64,000 nucleotides of DNA from Candidatus Bathyarchaeota archaeon (GTDB taxonomy: Archaea > Thermoproteota > Bathyarchaeia > Bathyarchaeales > Bathycorpusculaceae), in the NCBI GenBank assembly GCA_963772455.1, contig CAVYXJ010000007.1, forward strand, positions 96,001 through 160,000, in the 5' to 3' direction. Below, piece after piece: positions 1 through 9,471 of this stretch; the stretch's first letter is position 1; the number at the start of each line of letters is the position of its first letter. Under the pieces are notes generated by a model, which saw only the letters and a list, made by a program, of their open reading frames with translations, did not search any database and was not told where the DNA came from. Position numbers and translations under genes: made by a program.

Positions 1-368
1 CTGAAGCCAGCTTAGTCGACAAGAAAGATGTTGCAAGATGCTACAGGCTCTTGTTACGAGAATTGGACGTTCACATGCCCATCGCTGACCCATTAACTTA
101 TGTGTCAAAGATTGCGGAAAAAACAGGTATCTCAGGAAAAACTCAAGGTGCAGCAATCCAAATCTTAAGAGAAGCAAGGCGAAAACGTGCTGCGGCAGGA
201 AAGGACCCAATGGGTTTAGCTGCTGCTGCCCTATACATCGCATGTCTGCAAAATAATGAGAAAAAGACCCAAAAAGACATTGCTGAAGCTGCTGGCGTAA
301 CAGAAGTTACTGTACGCAACCGCTACAAGACATTAAAGAAACAATTAAATCTTGAATTGCCCGATTAG
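1..368 (+). CDS. tfb: Transcription initiation factor IIB (TFB), C-terminal part, truncated at window edge
   Basis: Second cyclin repeat GKDPMGLAAAALYIA and HTH TQKDIAEAAGVTEVTVRNRYK; frame is open back to position 3. Confidence 0.97.
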   Translation, partial: EASLVDKKDVARCYRLLLRELDVHMPIADPLTYVSKIAEKTGISGKTQGAAIQILREARRKRAAAGKDPMGLAAAALYIACLQNNEKKTQKDIAEAAGVTEVTVRNRYKTLKKQLNLELPD

Positions 369-391
369 GGCTTCTCTTATTTCTTTAAAAA

Positions 392-622
392 TTAAGTTTC
401 TTCTTTTTCTGTTTCGTCTTTTTCAAGTTCCATAACAATTATTCCAAGATAACCGCAGTTTTCACAATAGTATTGTTTAGGTGTTAACCAAACTGCGAGA
501 CTGCTGGATAAGGCAATTTTTGGGCTTGCACATCTTGGACAGTAAATTTGGGTGGGTTTGCGATGTTTTGCGTTTTTTAGGATATCGCGTATCCCATCTG
601 GTTTTTTCATTAGGAAATACAC
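392..622 (-). CDS. Small zinc-ribbon protein
   Basis: CPRC...CENCG pair; directly downstream of aIF1 on the same strand. Confidence 0.75.
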   Translation of the reverse strand: MYFLMKKPDGIRDILKNAKHRKPTQIYCPRCASPKIALSSSLAVWLTPKQYYCENCGYLGIIVMELEKDETEKEET

Positions 623-643
623 CTGAAATGAAGAGATAGTAGG

Positions 644-952
644 TTATTGCAGTTCGATGTTTTCTTGTGGATAACCCATCTTGATCAAGAATTCTCTCAC
701 TCTGTCGCGGTGGTCGCCTTGAAGCATTATTTGACCGTTCTTACTGGTTCCGCCACATGCGCAATATGTTTTGAGTTTTTGAGCAATGCTTGATAAATTC
801 GAGTTCTTATCATCCATGCCATCGATTATGGTGGTTGCTTTGCCAAATTTTCTGGTTTCAAGTCGTATGCGAATACGTTGTTGCTCTTTTTCTATTTCTC
901 CACAAACGCATAAGTCTTTAGGTAGTCCACACGTTGAACAAACTTCAGCCAT
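644..952 (-). CDS. sui1: Translation initiation factor aIF-1 (SUI1 family)
   Basis: MAEVCSTCGLPKDLCVC...KLKTYCACGGT...LQGDHR; ATG at 952. Confidence 0.95.
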   Translation of the reverse strand: MAEVCSTCGLPKDLCVCGEIEKEQQRIRIRLETRKFGKATTIIDGMDDKNSNLSSIAQKLKTYCACGGTSKNGQIMLQGDHRDRVREFLIKMGYPQENIELQ

Positions 953-1211
953 GACACTCAACAGAGAATTAGCACCTGCAATATATAAGAGTTTCAAGGG
1001 TTTATGATTGATTTTTCTGGTGTTTGAGTTATTGATTTGTTTCTATTTATCGAATTTTTTATTAGTCAATGAATCAAACGTAAGTAAACATCAAAGGGTT
1101 CTTTTTGATAGTTGACTCTTTTTGAAAAAATATGTTTATCTCTGTTTCCTTAAATATTTAAAAGCAATTACTTTTTGGCATAAGAAAAAACTAGTTTTTG
1201 AGGGTTAGAAA

Positions 1212-1766
1212 ATGAAAACTGAACTTGGGGCAAAAAACTGTCTTTATCCGTTGCCAACCGTTTTGGTTGGTGTGTTGGTAAACGGAAAACCTAATTACAT
1301 AACTATAGCGCATGTTGGCATAATGGACCTTGAATCAGTTTCTCTTGGCATGAACAAGCGCCATTACACCAACCAAGGAATAAAAGAAAACAAAACTTTC
1401 AGCATCAATATCCCCTCAACAAAGATGATTAAGGAAACTGACTACTGTGGATTAGTTTCAGGAAAAGATAAGAGCAAAGCAGACATGTTCAAAACGTTTT
1501 ATGGAAAACTCAAAACTGCTCCTATGATTGAACAATGCAGCATTAATATGGAATGCGAACTTGTAAAAACCGTTGATTTCCCAAACCACGACGTTTTCGT
1601 GGGTAAGATAGTAGAAACATATTGCGATGAGACTGTCCTAACTGATGGAGAGGTTGATTTTGAGAAGGTACAGCCTATCTTATTTGTAATGAATGATCGA
1701 AGCTATTGGAGTTTGGGTAAAAAAATCGCAAAAGCTTGGAATATAGGAAAAGAGCTAAACAAATAA
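1212..1766 (+). CDS. Flavin reductase-like / flavoredoxin family FMN-binding protein
   Basis: LYPLPTVLV, FSINIP, YCGLVSG, APMIEQC..NMEC, HDVFVG motifs. Confidence 0.9.
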   Translation: MKTELGAKNCLYPLPTVLVGVLVNGKPNYITIAHVGIMDLESVSLGMNKRHYTNQGIKENKTFSINIPSTKMIKETDYCGLVSGKDKSKADMFKTFYGKLKTAPMIEQCSINMECELVKTVDFPNHDVFVGKIVETYCDETVLTDGEVDFEKVQPILFVMNDRSYWSLGKKIAKAWNIGKELNK

Positions 1767-1803
1767 TTCTTTCAATAGTTTCTATGGGGTTTAGGGGTAA
1801 ACC

Positions 1804-2376
1804 ATGACTGCGCCTCCGAAAAGATGTTGGAATGTTGACAAACCACTCTACATCAAATACCATGATGAAGAATGGGGAGTTCCGGTTCATGATGACCAAA
1901 AGTTGTTTGAGTTTTTGGTTTTGGATTGTTTTCAAGCGGGATTGTCGTGGTGGCTGATTTTAGAGCGACGAGAAATGTTCAGGGAGGCGTTTGACAATTT
2001 CAATCCAATAAAAATAGCAAAATACACAACTAAAGATTTTGAGCGACTAATGAGTGCTCCTGGAGTAATTAAGAATCGAGCCAAAATAACCGCAACCATA
2101 ATCAACGCTCAACAATTCCTTAAAACCCAAAAGGAATTTGGCTCCTTTAATGCCTTCATTTGGCAATTCGTTCATGGAAAAACAATTCAAAACAAATTTA
2201 TTCACTTGTCGGAAATGCCCGCGGAGACCGAGGAATCCAGAATCATGAGTCGGGAACTAAAAAAACGAGGCTTCAAGTTTGTTGGACCCACAATCTGCTA
2301 CGCTTTTATGCAAGCCGCAGGATTAGTAAACGACCATTTAGTAAACTGCTTTCGTTACTCACAACTTCACAAATAG
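1804..2376 (+). CDS. tag: DNA-3-methyladenine glycosylase I
   Basis: RCW...YHDEEWG, QAGLSW, FKFVGPTICYAFMQA.G..NDH..C. Confidence 0.95.
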   Translation: MTAPPKRCWNVDKPLYIKYHDEEWGVPVHDDQKLFEFLVLDCFQAGLSWWLILERREMFREAFDNFNPIKIAKYTTKDFERLMSAPGVIKNRAKITATIINAQQFLKTQKEFGSFNAFIWQFVHGKTIQNKFIHLSEMPAETEESRIMSRELKKRGFKFVGPTICYAFMQAAGLVNDHLVNCFRYSQLHK

Positions 2377-2386
2377 AACTTGACAT

Positions 2387-2965
2387 TTATTGTCTATTGA
2401 ATATCTTAAAAAGAGCTAATTCTTCATCGTTTATTCCAGCTTTGCATAGTTTCGTCAGGCAGTTTTGATGTTGTTTTTCGGTAAGCTTGGCAGGATTGAT
2501 TATTTGCTTATCCTTACTTGTGAAATAGTAATTTTCTTTAGTTTTTCTACCCTTTTTTAGGGCTGCACGTTGTCTTTTGAAACGGTGTAAGGCTTCGCAG
2601 TCTTGGGTTTGCATTCCGAACTTTGTGTTTGGATATTGTCGGCATCCTTCAGGTCGGATTTCGTAAATAGAACAAGATTTTTCTACGAGGAACGGACAGG
2701 CGTGATGTGTAATGTACTGATCGTATTTTGCCTCGTCCTCTTCAAAAATCAGACCCAACATTTTAAAGAGATCTTTTAACTTTGTGGAGACTTCGGGATG
2801 CTCTTGAAGTTTGGGGGTGATTTCTCCTGCCGTTAAAAAATCATCAAGAGTACAACAGACTCCGCATTTACTACATAAGAAAGGAAGATTGGCTGACCAC
2901 CCACTACACTTGCCTGCAAATTCTAAATGAAGATAAAAAGTATCAACCATAATGCATTCCAACAT
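2387..2965 (-). CDS. YkgJ-family (CxxCxxCC) cysteine-cluster protein
   Basis: CSKCGVCC, CPFL...CSIYEIRPEGCRQYP; alternative start ATG at 2950. Confidence 0.85.
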   Translation of the reverse strand: MLECIMVDTFYLHLEFAGKCSGWSANLPFLCSKCGVCCTLDDFLTAGEITPKLQEHPEVSTKLKDLFKMLGLIFEEDEAKYDQYITHHACPFLVEKSCSIYEIRPEGCRQYPNTKFGMQTQDCEALHRFKRQRAALKKGRKTKENYYFTSKDKQIINPAKLTEKQHQNCLTKLCKAGINDEELALFKIFNRQ

Positions 2966-3073
2966 ATTTTATTTAATACTCACAAGTTTTTATAATATAA
3001 AGTGCCTGTTTAAAAATTTAAGAGCTATCCAGAAGTAAGTAAAATAAAAAATTTTGTTTTAAAAAGGGTAAAG

Positions 3074-5899
3074 TTAAGCAGATGTTGTTTCTTGCGATTT
3101 TTTGATTGTCTTTTTGGTTTCGGAAATTGGCATTTCAGGTTTTAGAGGTTCTACTTTCGTTTGTGGGGGTTCAGGCAGCTTTGTTTGTTCGCATCTGATG
3201 TCTATATCTTCTTCCTTTAGGTGAAGTGTTGCTTTTACTGTGCCATCTGTTAAGTATTCAATGCTAAAACCCATCTTCTTGGATAAGCTTAAAGCGCGGT
3301 AATTATCTTGTAAAATAATTGCGTTAACTTTATCTATACCCTTTTCTTTTGCGATATCAAGTACGTAATCAACCATTTTAGTGCCTAAGCCTAAACCTTG
3401 CCAATAATCACTCACAAGGAAAGCCATTTCTCCGCTCTTTTCATCGGATTCAATGCTTAGACGTGTTACACCAAGGATTTTTCGTTTACCGTTCTCCACC
3501 ATTTCAGCTACTAATGCGATTTCTCGGTCGTAGTCAACGTTGCAGTAGCGGACTCGGACTTCGTGTGGTGTGTCTTTTAACATTTGGAAGAACCGGTAGC
3601 GTATGGATTCTTCTGAGAGACTTTGGAACATTTCAAGCCACATTGGCTCATCTTCAGGTTTTATTGGTCGCAAGAGTACTTCTTGTCCGTTCTTGAGAAG
3701 CCACAGTATCTCATCTTTTTTGGGGTATGGACTTATGACCATATGTTCGTGAGGTTCAAATTTCTTGCACATCTTTTGTTTATCTACAACAATGCGTGCG
3801 TCTAGAATGGTGGCTTCTTTCTCGTTTATTAACAATGGGTTTATGTCAATTTCTTTTATTTGTGGAAAATCAACGAGCAATTGTGAGAACATTAGAATGG
3901 TTTCATCGAGTTTTTTAAGGTCTACTGCTGGCGCGTTTCTCCAACCTTTTAGTAATCGGTAGACTTTGGTTTCTTCCATCATACGGTGAACAAGTGTTGT
4001 ATTTAATGGTGGAAGCCCAATTGAATAGTCTTTGAATAGTTCCACTCCAACTCCGCCCATCCCGAAAAGAATTATTGGTCCAAATACTGGATCGGTTTTT
4101 CCTCCGATGATAAGTTCATGACCTTTCTTCTCAATCATGGGTTGAACGGTGACTCCGATTATTTGGGCTTGGGGGTTGTAAGCAGTTGCTCGCTGAATTA
4201 GAACTTCGAATGCATCTCGGACTTCTTGTGGAGACTTAACGTTTAGGATTACTCCTCCTGCGTCGCTTTTATGAATGATTTGAGGTGATAGAATCTTCAA
4301 GACAACTGGGAAACCCATTTCCTGTGCAAACACAACGGCCTCATCGACATTGTTTGCAACTGAAGTTTTCACTACAGGGAAATTATAGTATTTGAGTATT
4401 TTTTTTGCCTCGTCCTCTGTTAAGACTTCGCGACCCTCAAAGGCGGCATTTCTTAGTATAGCCATGATGGGGCGTTTTGGAGGTGAAGCATCGACTGGTA
4501 GTTCTTCTGGGGTTTCGTAGAGTAGGTCGATGTTGGCTTGGTAATTGTACATGTACATGTATGTTCTGATGGCTTGTTCGGGGGTTGAGTAAGTTGGAAT
4601 GTTGTTTGCATTAAGGATGCTGTTGGCTTCTTGGACTGCGCCGTATCCCATGAAAGAAGTTAAGATTGTTTTGTTCTGATAGGTTTTTGCACGTACTAGT
4701 TCAACGATGTTCTTGGCTATTTCAACTGATTCTGAAACTGCTTGTTGAGTGAAGACAATCAATATGCCATCAATGTTCTCATCGTTTAAGCATGCTTCAA
4801 CTGCAGCTTTATAGCGTTCAGAACGGGCATCGCCTAAAACGTCTATGGGGTTACCGTGACTCCAGAATGGAGGCAAAACAGCGTTAAGCGAATCCAGTGT
4901 TTTTTGGCTTATTTTTGCTAATTTTCCGCCTAGAGCAATTAACGAGTCTGTCGCCATCACACCTGGTCCGCCAGCATTTGTTATTATGGCGAGTCTTGGT
5001 CCCTTAGGTAATGGTTGGGTTCCTAAAACTTCAGCTGCATTAAACAAGTCTGCTATTTCATTAACTCTAACTATACCGGCACGCTTGAAGGCTGCATCAT
5101 AAATGCTGTCTTCTCCTGAAAGTGATCCAGTATGGGAAGCTGCGGCTTTTGCGCTTTCGGAAAATTTGCCTGATTTAACAACGATAATTGGTTTGGTTCT
5201 TGCAAAGTGCCTTGCTGCACTCATAAATTTGCGGGCTTCAGTTATGCCTTCAACGTACATTAGGATACTTTTTGTTTTTGGGTCAGAACCAAAATAATCA
5301 ATTAAGTCACCAAAGTCAACATCAATCATTGAGCCCACTGAAACGAAATTGCTGAAACCGATATTTTCATGAAGTGCCCAATCAAGAATAGCGGAACCTA
5401 AAGCGCCACTTTGAGAGAGAAAAGCCACATTACCTGGTTTGGGCATTTTATCCAAGAATGTAGCATTAAGATTGTTTCTAGGGCGAATTAGACCAATACA
5501 GTTTGGACCAATAACTCGAATTCCATATTTCTTAGCTGATTCAAGAAGTTTTTCTTCCAAAGCTTTTCCTGCAGGACCTGTCTCTTTGAACCCTGCAGAA
5601 ACAATAATGACTCCCTTTACATGTGCCTTACCGCATTCCTCCATAACATCTGGGACGGTTTTGGCGGGAGTAGCTATAATTGCTAAGTCAACGGGGTCAG
5701 GAATTTGGTCGACTGTTTGATAAGTTTTAACGCCCAAGATTTCAGGCTTTTTTATGTTAACGAAGAAGACTTTTCCGTTAAATCCCATTTGGGTAAAATT
5801 TTTTACTATTGCGTATCCAACGGAGCCTTCAACATCACTTGCTCCAATGATGGCTACATTTTGAGGATTGAAAATCTTGTCAAGGTTTGTGGTAACCAT
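3074..5899 (-). CDS. ADP-forming acyl-CoA synthetase (alpha+beta) fused to a C-terminal GNAT (Pat/PatZ-type protein acetyltransferase)
   Basis: CoA-binding IGPNCIG, SQSGAL, AAASHTGSL, NAGGPG, NPID; ATP-grasp HKSD and DINP; GNAT motif VSDYWQGLGLG. Confidence 0.92.
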   Translation of the reverse strand: MVTTNLDKIFNPQNVAIIGASDVEGSVGYAIVKNFTQMGFNGKVFFVNIKKPEILGVKTYQTVDQIPDPVDLAIIATPAKTVPDVMEECGKAHVKGVIIVSAGFKETGPAGKALEEKLLESAKKYGIRVIGPNCIGLIRPRNNLNATFLDKMPKPGNVAFLSQSGALGSAILDWALHENIGFSNFVSVGSMIDVDFGDLIDYFGSDPKTKSILMYVEGITEARKFMSAARHFARTKPIIVVKSGKFSESAKAAASHTGSLSGEDSIYDAAFKRAGIVRVNEIADLFNAAEVLGTQPLPKGPRLAIITNAGGPGVMATDSLIALGGKLAKISQKTLDSLNAVLPPFWSHGNPIDVLGDARSERYKAAVEACLNDENIDGILIVFTQQAVSESVEIAKNIVELVRAKTYQNKTILTSFMGYGAVQEANSILNANNIPTYSTPEQAIRTYMYMYNYQANIDLLYETPEELPVDASPPKRPIMAILRNAAFEGREVLTEDEAKKILKYYNFPVVKTSVANNVDEAVVFAQEMGFPVVLKILSPQIIHKSDAGGVILNVKSPQEVRDAFEVLIQRATAYNPQAQIIGVTVQPMIEKKGHELIIGGKTDPVFGPIILFGMGGVGVELFKDYSIGLPPLNTTLVHRMMEETKVYRLLKGWRNAPAVDLKKLDETILMFSQLLVDFPQIKEIDINPLLINEKEATILDARIVVDKQKMCKKFEPHEHMVISPYPKKDEILWLLKNGQEVLLRPIKPEDEPMWLEMFQSLSEESIRYRFFQMLKDTPHEVRVRYCNVDYDREIALVAEMVENGKRKILGVTRLSIESDEKSGEMAFLVSDYWQGLGLGTKMVDYVLDIAKEKGIDKVNAIILQDNYRALSLSKKMGFSIEYLTDGTVKATLHLKEEDIDIRCEQTKLPEPPQTKVEPLKPEMPISETKKTIKKSQETTSA

Positions 5900-6052
5900 T
5901 AATTTTACCTTCTGCTTTAGGGTCGTGCAATAGGTGAAATTAAAGCTTATGTTAGAGAATCAGTATTCTTTTAATATAAACTGCATTCCGAGATTAAAAA
6001 ATAGCGTTTGTGGTTAAATCGGTGAGAATTAAAGATCTTGTAAGTCGCTATT

Positions 6053-6508
6053 TTACTGGAAATATTTTTTAATTTCGCCAAGCGATAGGACTGCAACGCC
6101 ATTATCGGTTAACATTTGCTCTGATTTCTCTACATTGCTGGGTCGCAGAATCAACGCAACCTTACCCTCCACATGAACTGCTGATGAATAAGCGTACTCA
6201 ATGTTTATGCCGCCGTCGCCAAGAATTTTAGTTATTTTTGAAAGTGTATTTTGTTCAGATATGAAAGTTGCTGTTACCTCTGTGTTCTTTTTTGATTTGG
6301 CTAAATTGAATCCGGAGTCTTCCAAGAGTTTGGAGGCTTTCTCGGGTTCCTCAGTTATTAATCTAACTAAACCAAATTCGCCGGCGTCAGCGATGGATAA
6401 TGCGAAAACTTTTATTTTGTTTTTGTCAAGTTGTGACATTGCTTCAAAAAGAGAACCTGGACGATTATCAAGAAATATACTTACTTGCGTTATTGGCAAA
6501 CCCGGCAC
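6053..6508 (-). CDS. Tandem ACT-domain protein (family commonly found beside paaK/iorAB)
   Basis: QVSIFLDNRPGSL...ALSIADAGEFGLVRL...INIEYAY; GTG start. Confidence 0.9.
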   Translation of the reverse strand: MPGLPITQVSIFLDNRPGSLFEAMSQLDKNKIKVFALSIADAGEFGLVRLITEEPEKASKLLEDSGFNLAKSKKNTEVTATFISEQNTLSKITKILGDGGINIEYAYSSAVHVEGKVALILRPSNVEKSEQMLTDNGVAVLSLGEIKKYFQ

Positions 6509-6678
6509 CTAATATCCATTTGTGTCGGTTGATATTTAACTTTAACCAAAGAGAAGTCCATTTTTGGCTGTTCAGGGATAATTTTAATACATAGCAGCAA
6601 ACAAGCTGTGAGTTACAGTCTTCACCAAACTTTATATTTTAACTTGAATTATTGCTTGCTATTCGGAGAATACATTGT

Positions 6679-7419
6679 TTGTTAGTGTGCACCGAGGTCT
6701 CCAAACAATTTGGAGGACTTCAAGCATTAAAAAACGTCAATTTCACTGTTAATAGAGGCGATATTGTTGGGCTAGTTGGACCTAATGGCTCTGGTAAATC
6801 GACGCTGCTCAACTTAATCAGCGGAGTCTACAAACCAGATTCAGGACAAATCCTGTTTTTAAACGAAGACATCTCTAAACTGCCCCCCTACAAAATCTGT
6901 GCCAAAGGCATTACCAAAACAGCTCAAACAGTTCAGTCTTTTCCAGAAATGACAGCGGTCGAAAACGTGTTGACAAGCGTTCTCTTCAATAAGGAAAAGT
7001 TTGAAGGGAAAACTGATGGTAGGTTACGTGCTCAGGAACTTTTGGGCTTTGTGGGTTTAAGTATAGAAAAGTTTGATATTCCTGCAAAAAACCTAAACGT
7101 CGTTGAACTTCGTCGTATTCAGCTTGCTAAAGCATTGGCGACAAGTCCTAAACTACTTCTGCTCGATGAGCTACTTACAGGTTTAACGCCAAAAGAAAGC
7201 GATGAAGCCATTGAACTTATCAAATTAATCAACAAGCAAGGAGTCACCGTGCTTATTGTTGAGCATGTTATGCGTGTTATCATGGGGTTATGTAATCGAG
7301 TGATTGTTCTGCAGCATGGAGAAAAAATCTGCGATGGCACACCTAAACAAGTCTGCAGTGACGAGAACGTAGTGAAGGTTTACTTAGGTAAGCGGTTTCA
7401 GTTTGGGGAGGATGAATAA
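6679..7419 (+). CDS. livG: LIV-type ABC transporter ATP-binding subunit (LivG-like)
   Basis: Walker A GPNGSGKST, LLLDE, VEH, C-terminal VYLG; TTG at 6679 follows a GGAGA SD (ORF open from 6652). Confidence 0.9.
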   Translation: MLVCTEVSKQFGGLQALKNVNFTVNRGDIVGLVGPNGSGKSTLLNLISGVYKPDSGQILFLNEDISKLPPYKICAKGITKTAQTVQSFPEMTAVENVLTSVLFNKEKFEGKTDGRLRAQELLGFVGLSIEKFDIPAKNLNVVELRRIQLAKALATSPKLLLLDELLTGLTPKESDEAIELIKLINKQGVTVLIVEHVMRVIMGLCNRVIVLQHGEKICDGTPKQVCSDENVVKVYLGKRFQFGEDE

Positions 7420-7420
7420 A

Positions 7421-8125
7421 ATGCTGGAAGTTGAAAACTTGTCCGCATCTTATGGCATGGTGCAAATCCTTCGCGGAGTCAACTTCAAAGTTGAAGAAAA
7501 AGAAATTGTCAGCATCATCGGACCCAATGGCGCGGGAAAAACTACACTTGTTAAAACTATCATGGGATTTTTGAAGCCACAAACTGGGTCAGTTAAGTTT
7601 AAGAGCGAAGAAATCGGGAAAATGCCAACATACGAAATAGTAAAAAAAGGACTAACTATGATTCCAGAGGGAAGAGAAATCTTTCCCCGCATGACCATTG
7701 AAGAGAATCTTATGCTTGGCGCTTTCACTATAAAGGACAAAGTCAAAATCAAGGAAAGTAAAGAGAAAGTTTACGAAATTTTCCCGGTACTAAAGAAAAA
7801 GGAAAAAGTTTTAGCGCAAACTCTAAGCGGTGGCGAACAACAAATGTTAGTCATTTGCCGAAGTTTGATGTCTAACCCGCAAATGCTTATTTTAGATGAA
7901 CCCTCACTGGGTTTAGCGCCAATTATAGTTGAAAAAGTTCTCGACACCGTTCGCACTATCAACGAGGAAGGAGTTACAATACTTTTGGTGGAGCAGAACA
8001 TTCATGATAGTTTAGGGATTGCTGACAGGGGTTACGTGCTTGAAGAAGGCAAGATAATATTGGAAGGAAAGAGTAGGGAACTTTTATCTAATAGTCACAT
8101 AAAAGAAGTGTATCTGGGCCTTTAA
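7421..8125 (+). CDS. livF: LIV-type ABC transporter ATP-binding subunit (LivF-like)
   Basis: GPNGAGKTT, PEGREIF, LSGGEQQM, LDEPSLGLAP, VEQN. Confidence 0.93.
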   Translation: MLEVENLSASYGMVQILRGVNFKVEEKEIVSIIGPNGAGKTTLVKTIMGFLKPQTGSVKFKSEEIGKMPTYEIVKKGLTMIPEGREIFPRMTIEENLMLGAFTIKDKVKIKESKEKVYEIFPVLKKKEKVLAQTLSGGEQQMLVICRSLMSNPQMLILDEPSLGLAPIIVEKVLDTVRTINEEGVTILLVEQNIHDSLGIADRGYVLEEGKIILEGKSRELLSNSHIKEVYLGL

Positions 8126-8141
8126 AGCAAGAGGGACAAAT

Positions 8142-9461
8142 TTGGCAGATGGCAAATACTGGAACGAAAAAATCGAAACAATGCCGACTGAAGAAATAAA
8201 AAAGCTTCAACTCCAAAAACTCAAGCTACAAGTCAAACATTGCTATGAAAACAGCATTTTTTATAGAAAAAAATTCGATAAAATTGGCCTTAAACCCGAA
8301 GATATTCGGTCACTTGATGATTTACAGAAAATACCGTTTACAGTTAAGAGTGATTTAAGGGATAATTACCCATTTGGGATGGTTGCTGCGAAATCAGATG
8401 AGATTGTAGAGATTCATGCATCCAGCGGAACTACTGGAAACCCGATTATTGGTGCCTACACAAGAAGTGACATGGATATGTGGCAGGAACTAATGGCACG
8501 TTCCATATACGCCGTGGGGGGAAGACACCAAGACGTCATCCACATCGCCTATGGCTATGGCTTATTTACTGGAGGTTTAGGATTCCATTACGGCGCTCAA
8601 AAAGTTGGAACCAAAATTGTTCCAGCAAGCGGTGGAATGACCCAACGCCAAATTAAACTAATGAAAGATTTAGACGTCACAATATTGGCTTGCACACCCA
8701 GTTTCGCTGTTTATCTCGCTGAAACCATGGCTCAAGAAGGAATAGTTCCAAAAAAAGACCTTAAACTTAGACTTGGCATGTTTGGAGCTGAACCATGGTC
8801 TGATAAAATCCGTGAAAGAATCGAAAAAGAAATGAATATTCAAGCTTTCGACGTTTATGGGTTAACTGAACTTTGTGGTCCAGGCGTATCAATTGAATGC
8901 CCCGAGCACAATGGACTTCACATTTGGGAAGACAACTTTATTGTGGAAACAATTGACCCTGATACTGGCGAAGTTCTGAGTGTTGGTGAAGAAGGTGAAT
9001 TAGTCTTTACCGCCCTTACCAAAACAGGTTTACCTATGTTGCGTTACAGAACAAGAGACATATCAACAATCAACCCAGAAAAATGTAAATGTGGAAGAAC
9101 GCATGCGAAAATGGCAAGGGTAACTGGTAGATCAGATGACATGCTAATTATTCGTGGAGTAAACGTGTTTCCATCACAAATCGAGTATGCAGTTATGTGC
9201 TTCTCAGAATTAGCAACTCAGTACCTGATTGTAATTGACAGACCAGGAGCTTTAGATACCTTCGTCGTCAAAGTTGAGTTATCTGAGCAAGCCTCCAAAA
9301 ATCCACAAACTGACAAAAATGCACTTAAAAATGATATACAAAAGAGAATCCACATTGTAACAGGTATTTCAGCTGATGTTGAAATAGTTAAGCCAGGGGA
9401 ACTTCCAAGAACCGAGGGTAAAGCAAAAAGAGTTCTGGACTTGCGTAAGGGCAAAATGTAA
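8142..9461 (+). CDS. paaK: Phenylacetate-CoA ligase family (AMP-forming aryl-CoA ligase)
   Basis: HASSGTTGNP, YGLFTGGLG, FGAEPW, YGLTE, RYRTRD, GRSDDM..RGVNVFP, EGKAKR. Confidence 0.95.
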   Translation: MADGKYWNEKIETMPTEEIKKLQLQKLKLQVKHCYENSIFYRKKFDKIGLKPEDIRSLDDLQKIPFTVKSDLRDNYPFGMVAAKSDEIVEIHASSGTTGNPIIGAYTRSDMDMWQELMARSIYAVGGRHQDVIHIAYGYGLFTGGLGFHYGAQKVGTKIVPASGGMTQRQIKLMKDLDVTILACTPSFAVYLAETMAQEGIVPKKDLKLRLGMFGAEPWSDKIRERIEKEMNIQAFDVYGLTELCGPGVSIECPEHNGLHIWEDNFIVETIDPDTGEVLSVGEEGELVFTALTKTGLPMLRYRTRDISTINPEKCKCGRTHAKMARVTGRSDDMLIIRGVNVFPSQIEYAVMCFSELATQYLIVIDRPGALDTFVVKVELSEQASKNPQTDKNALKNDIQKRIHIVTGISADVEIVKPGELPRTEGKAKRVLDLRKGKM

Positions 9462-9471
9462 GGATAAATTT

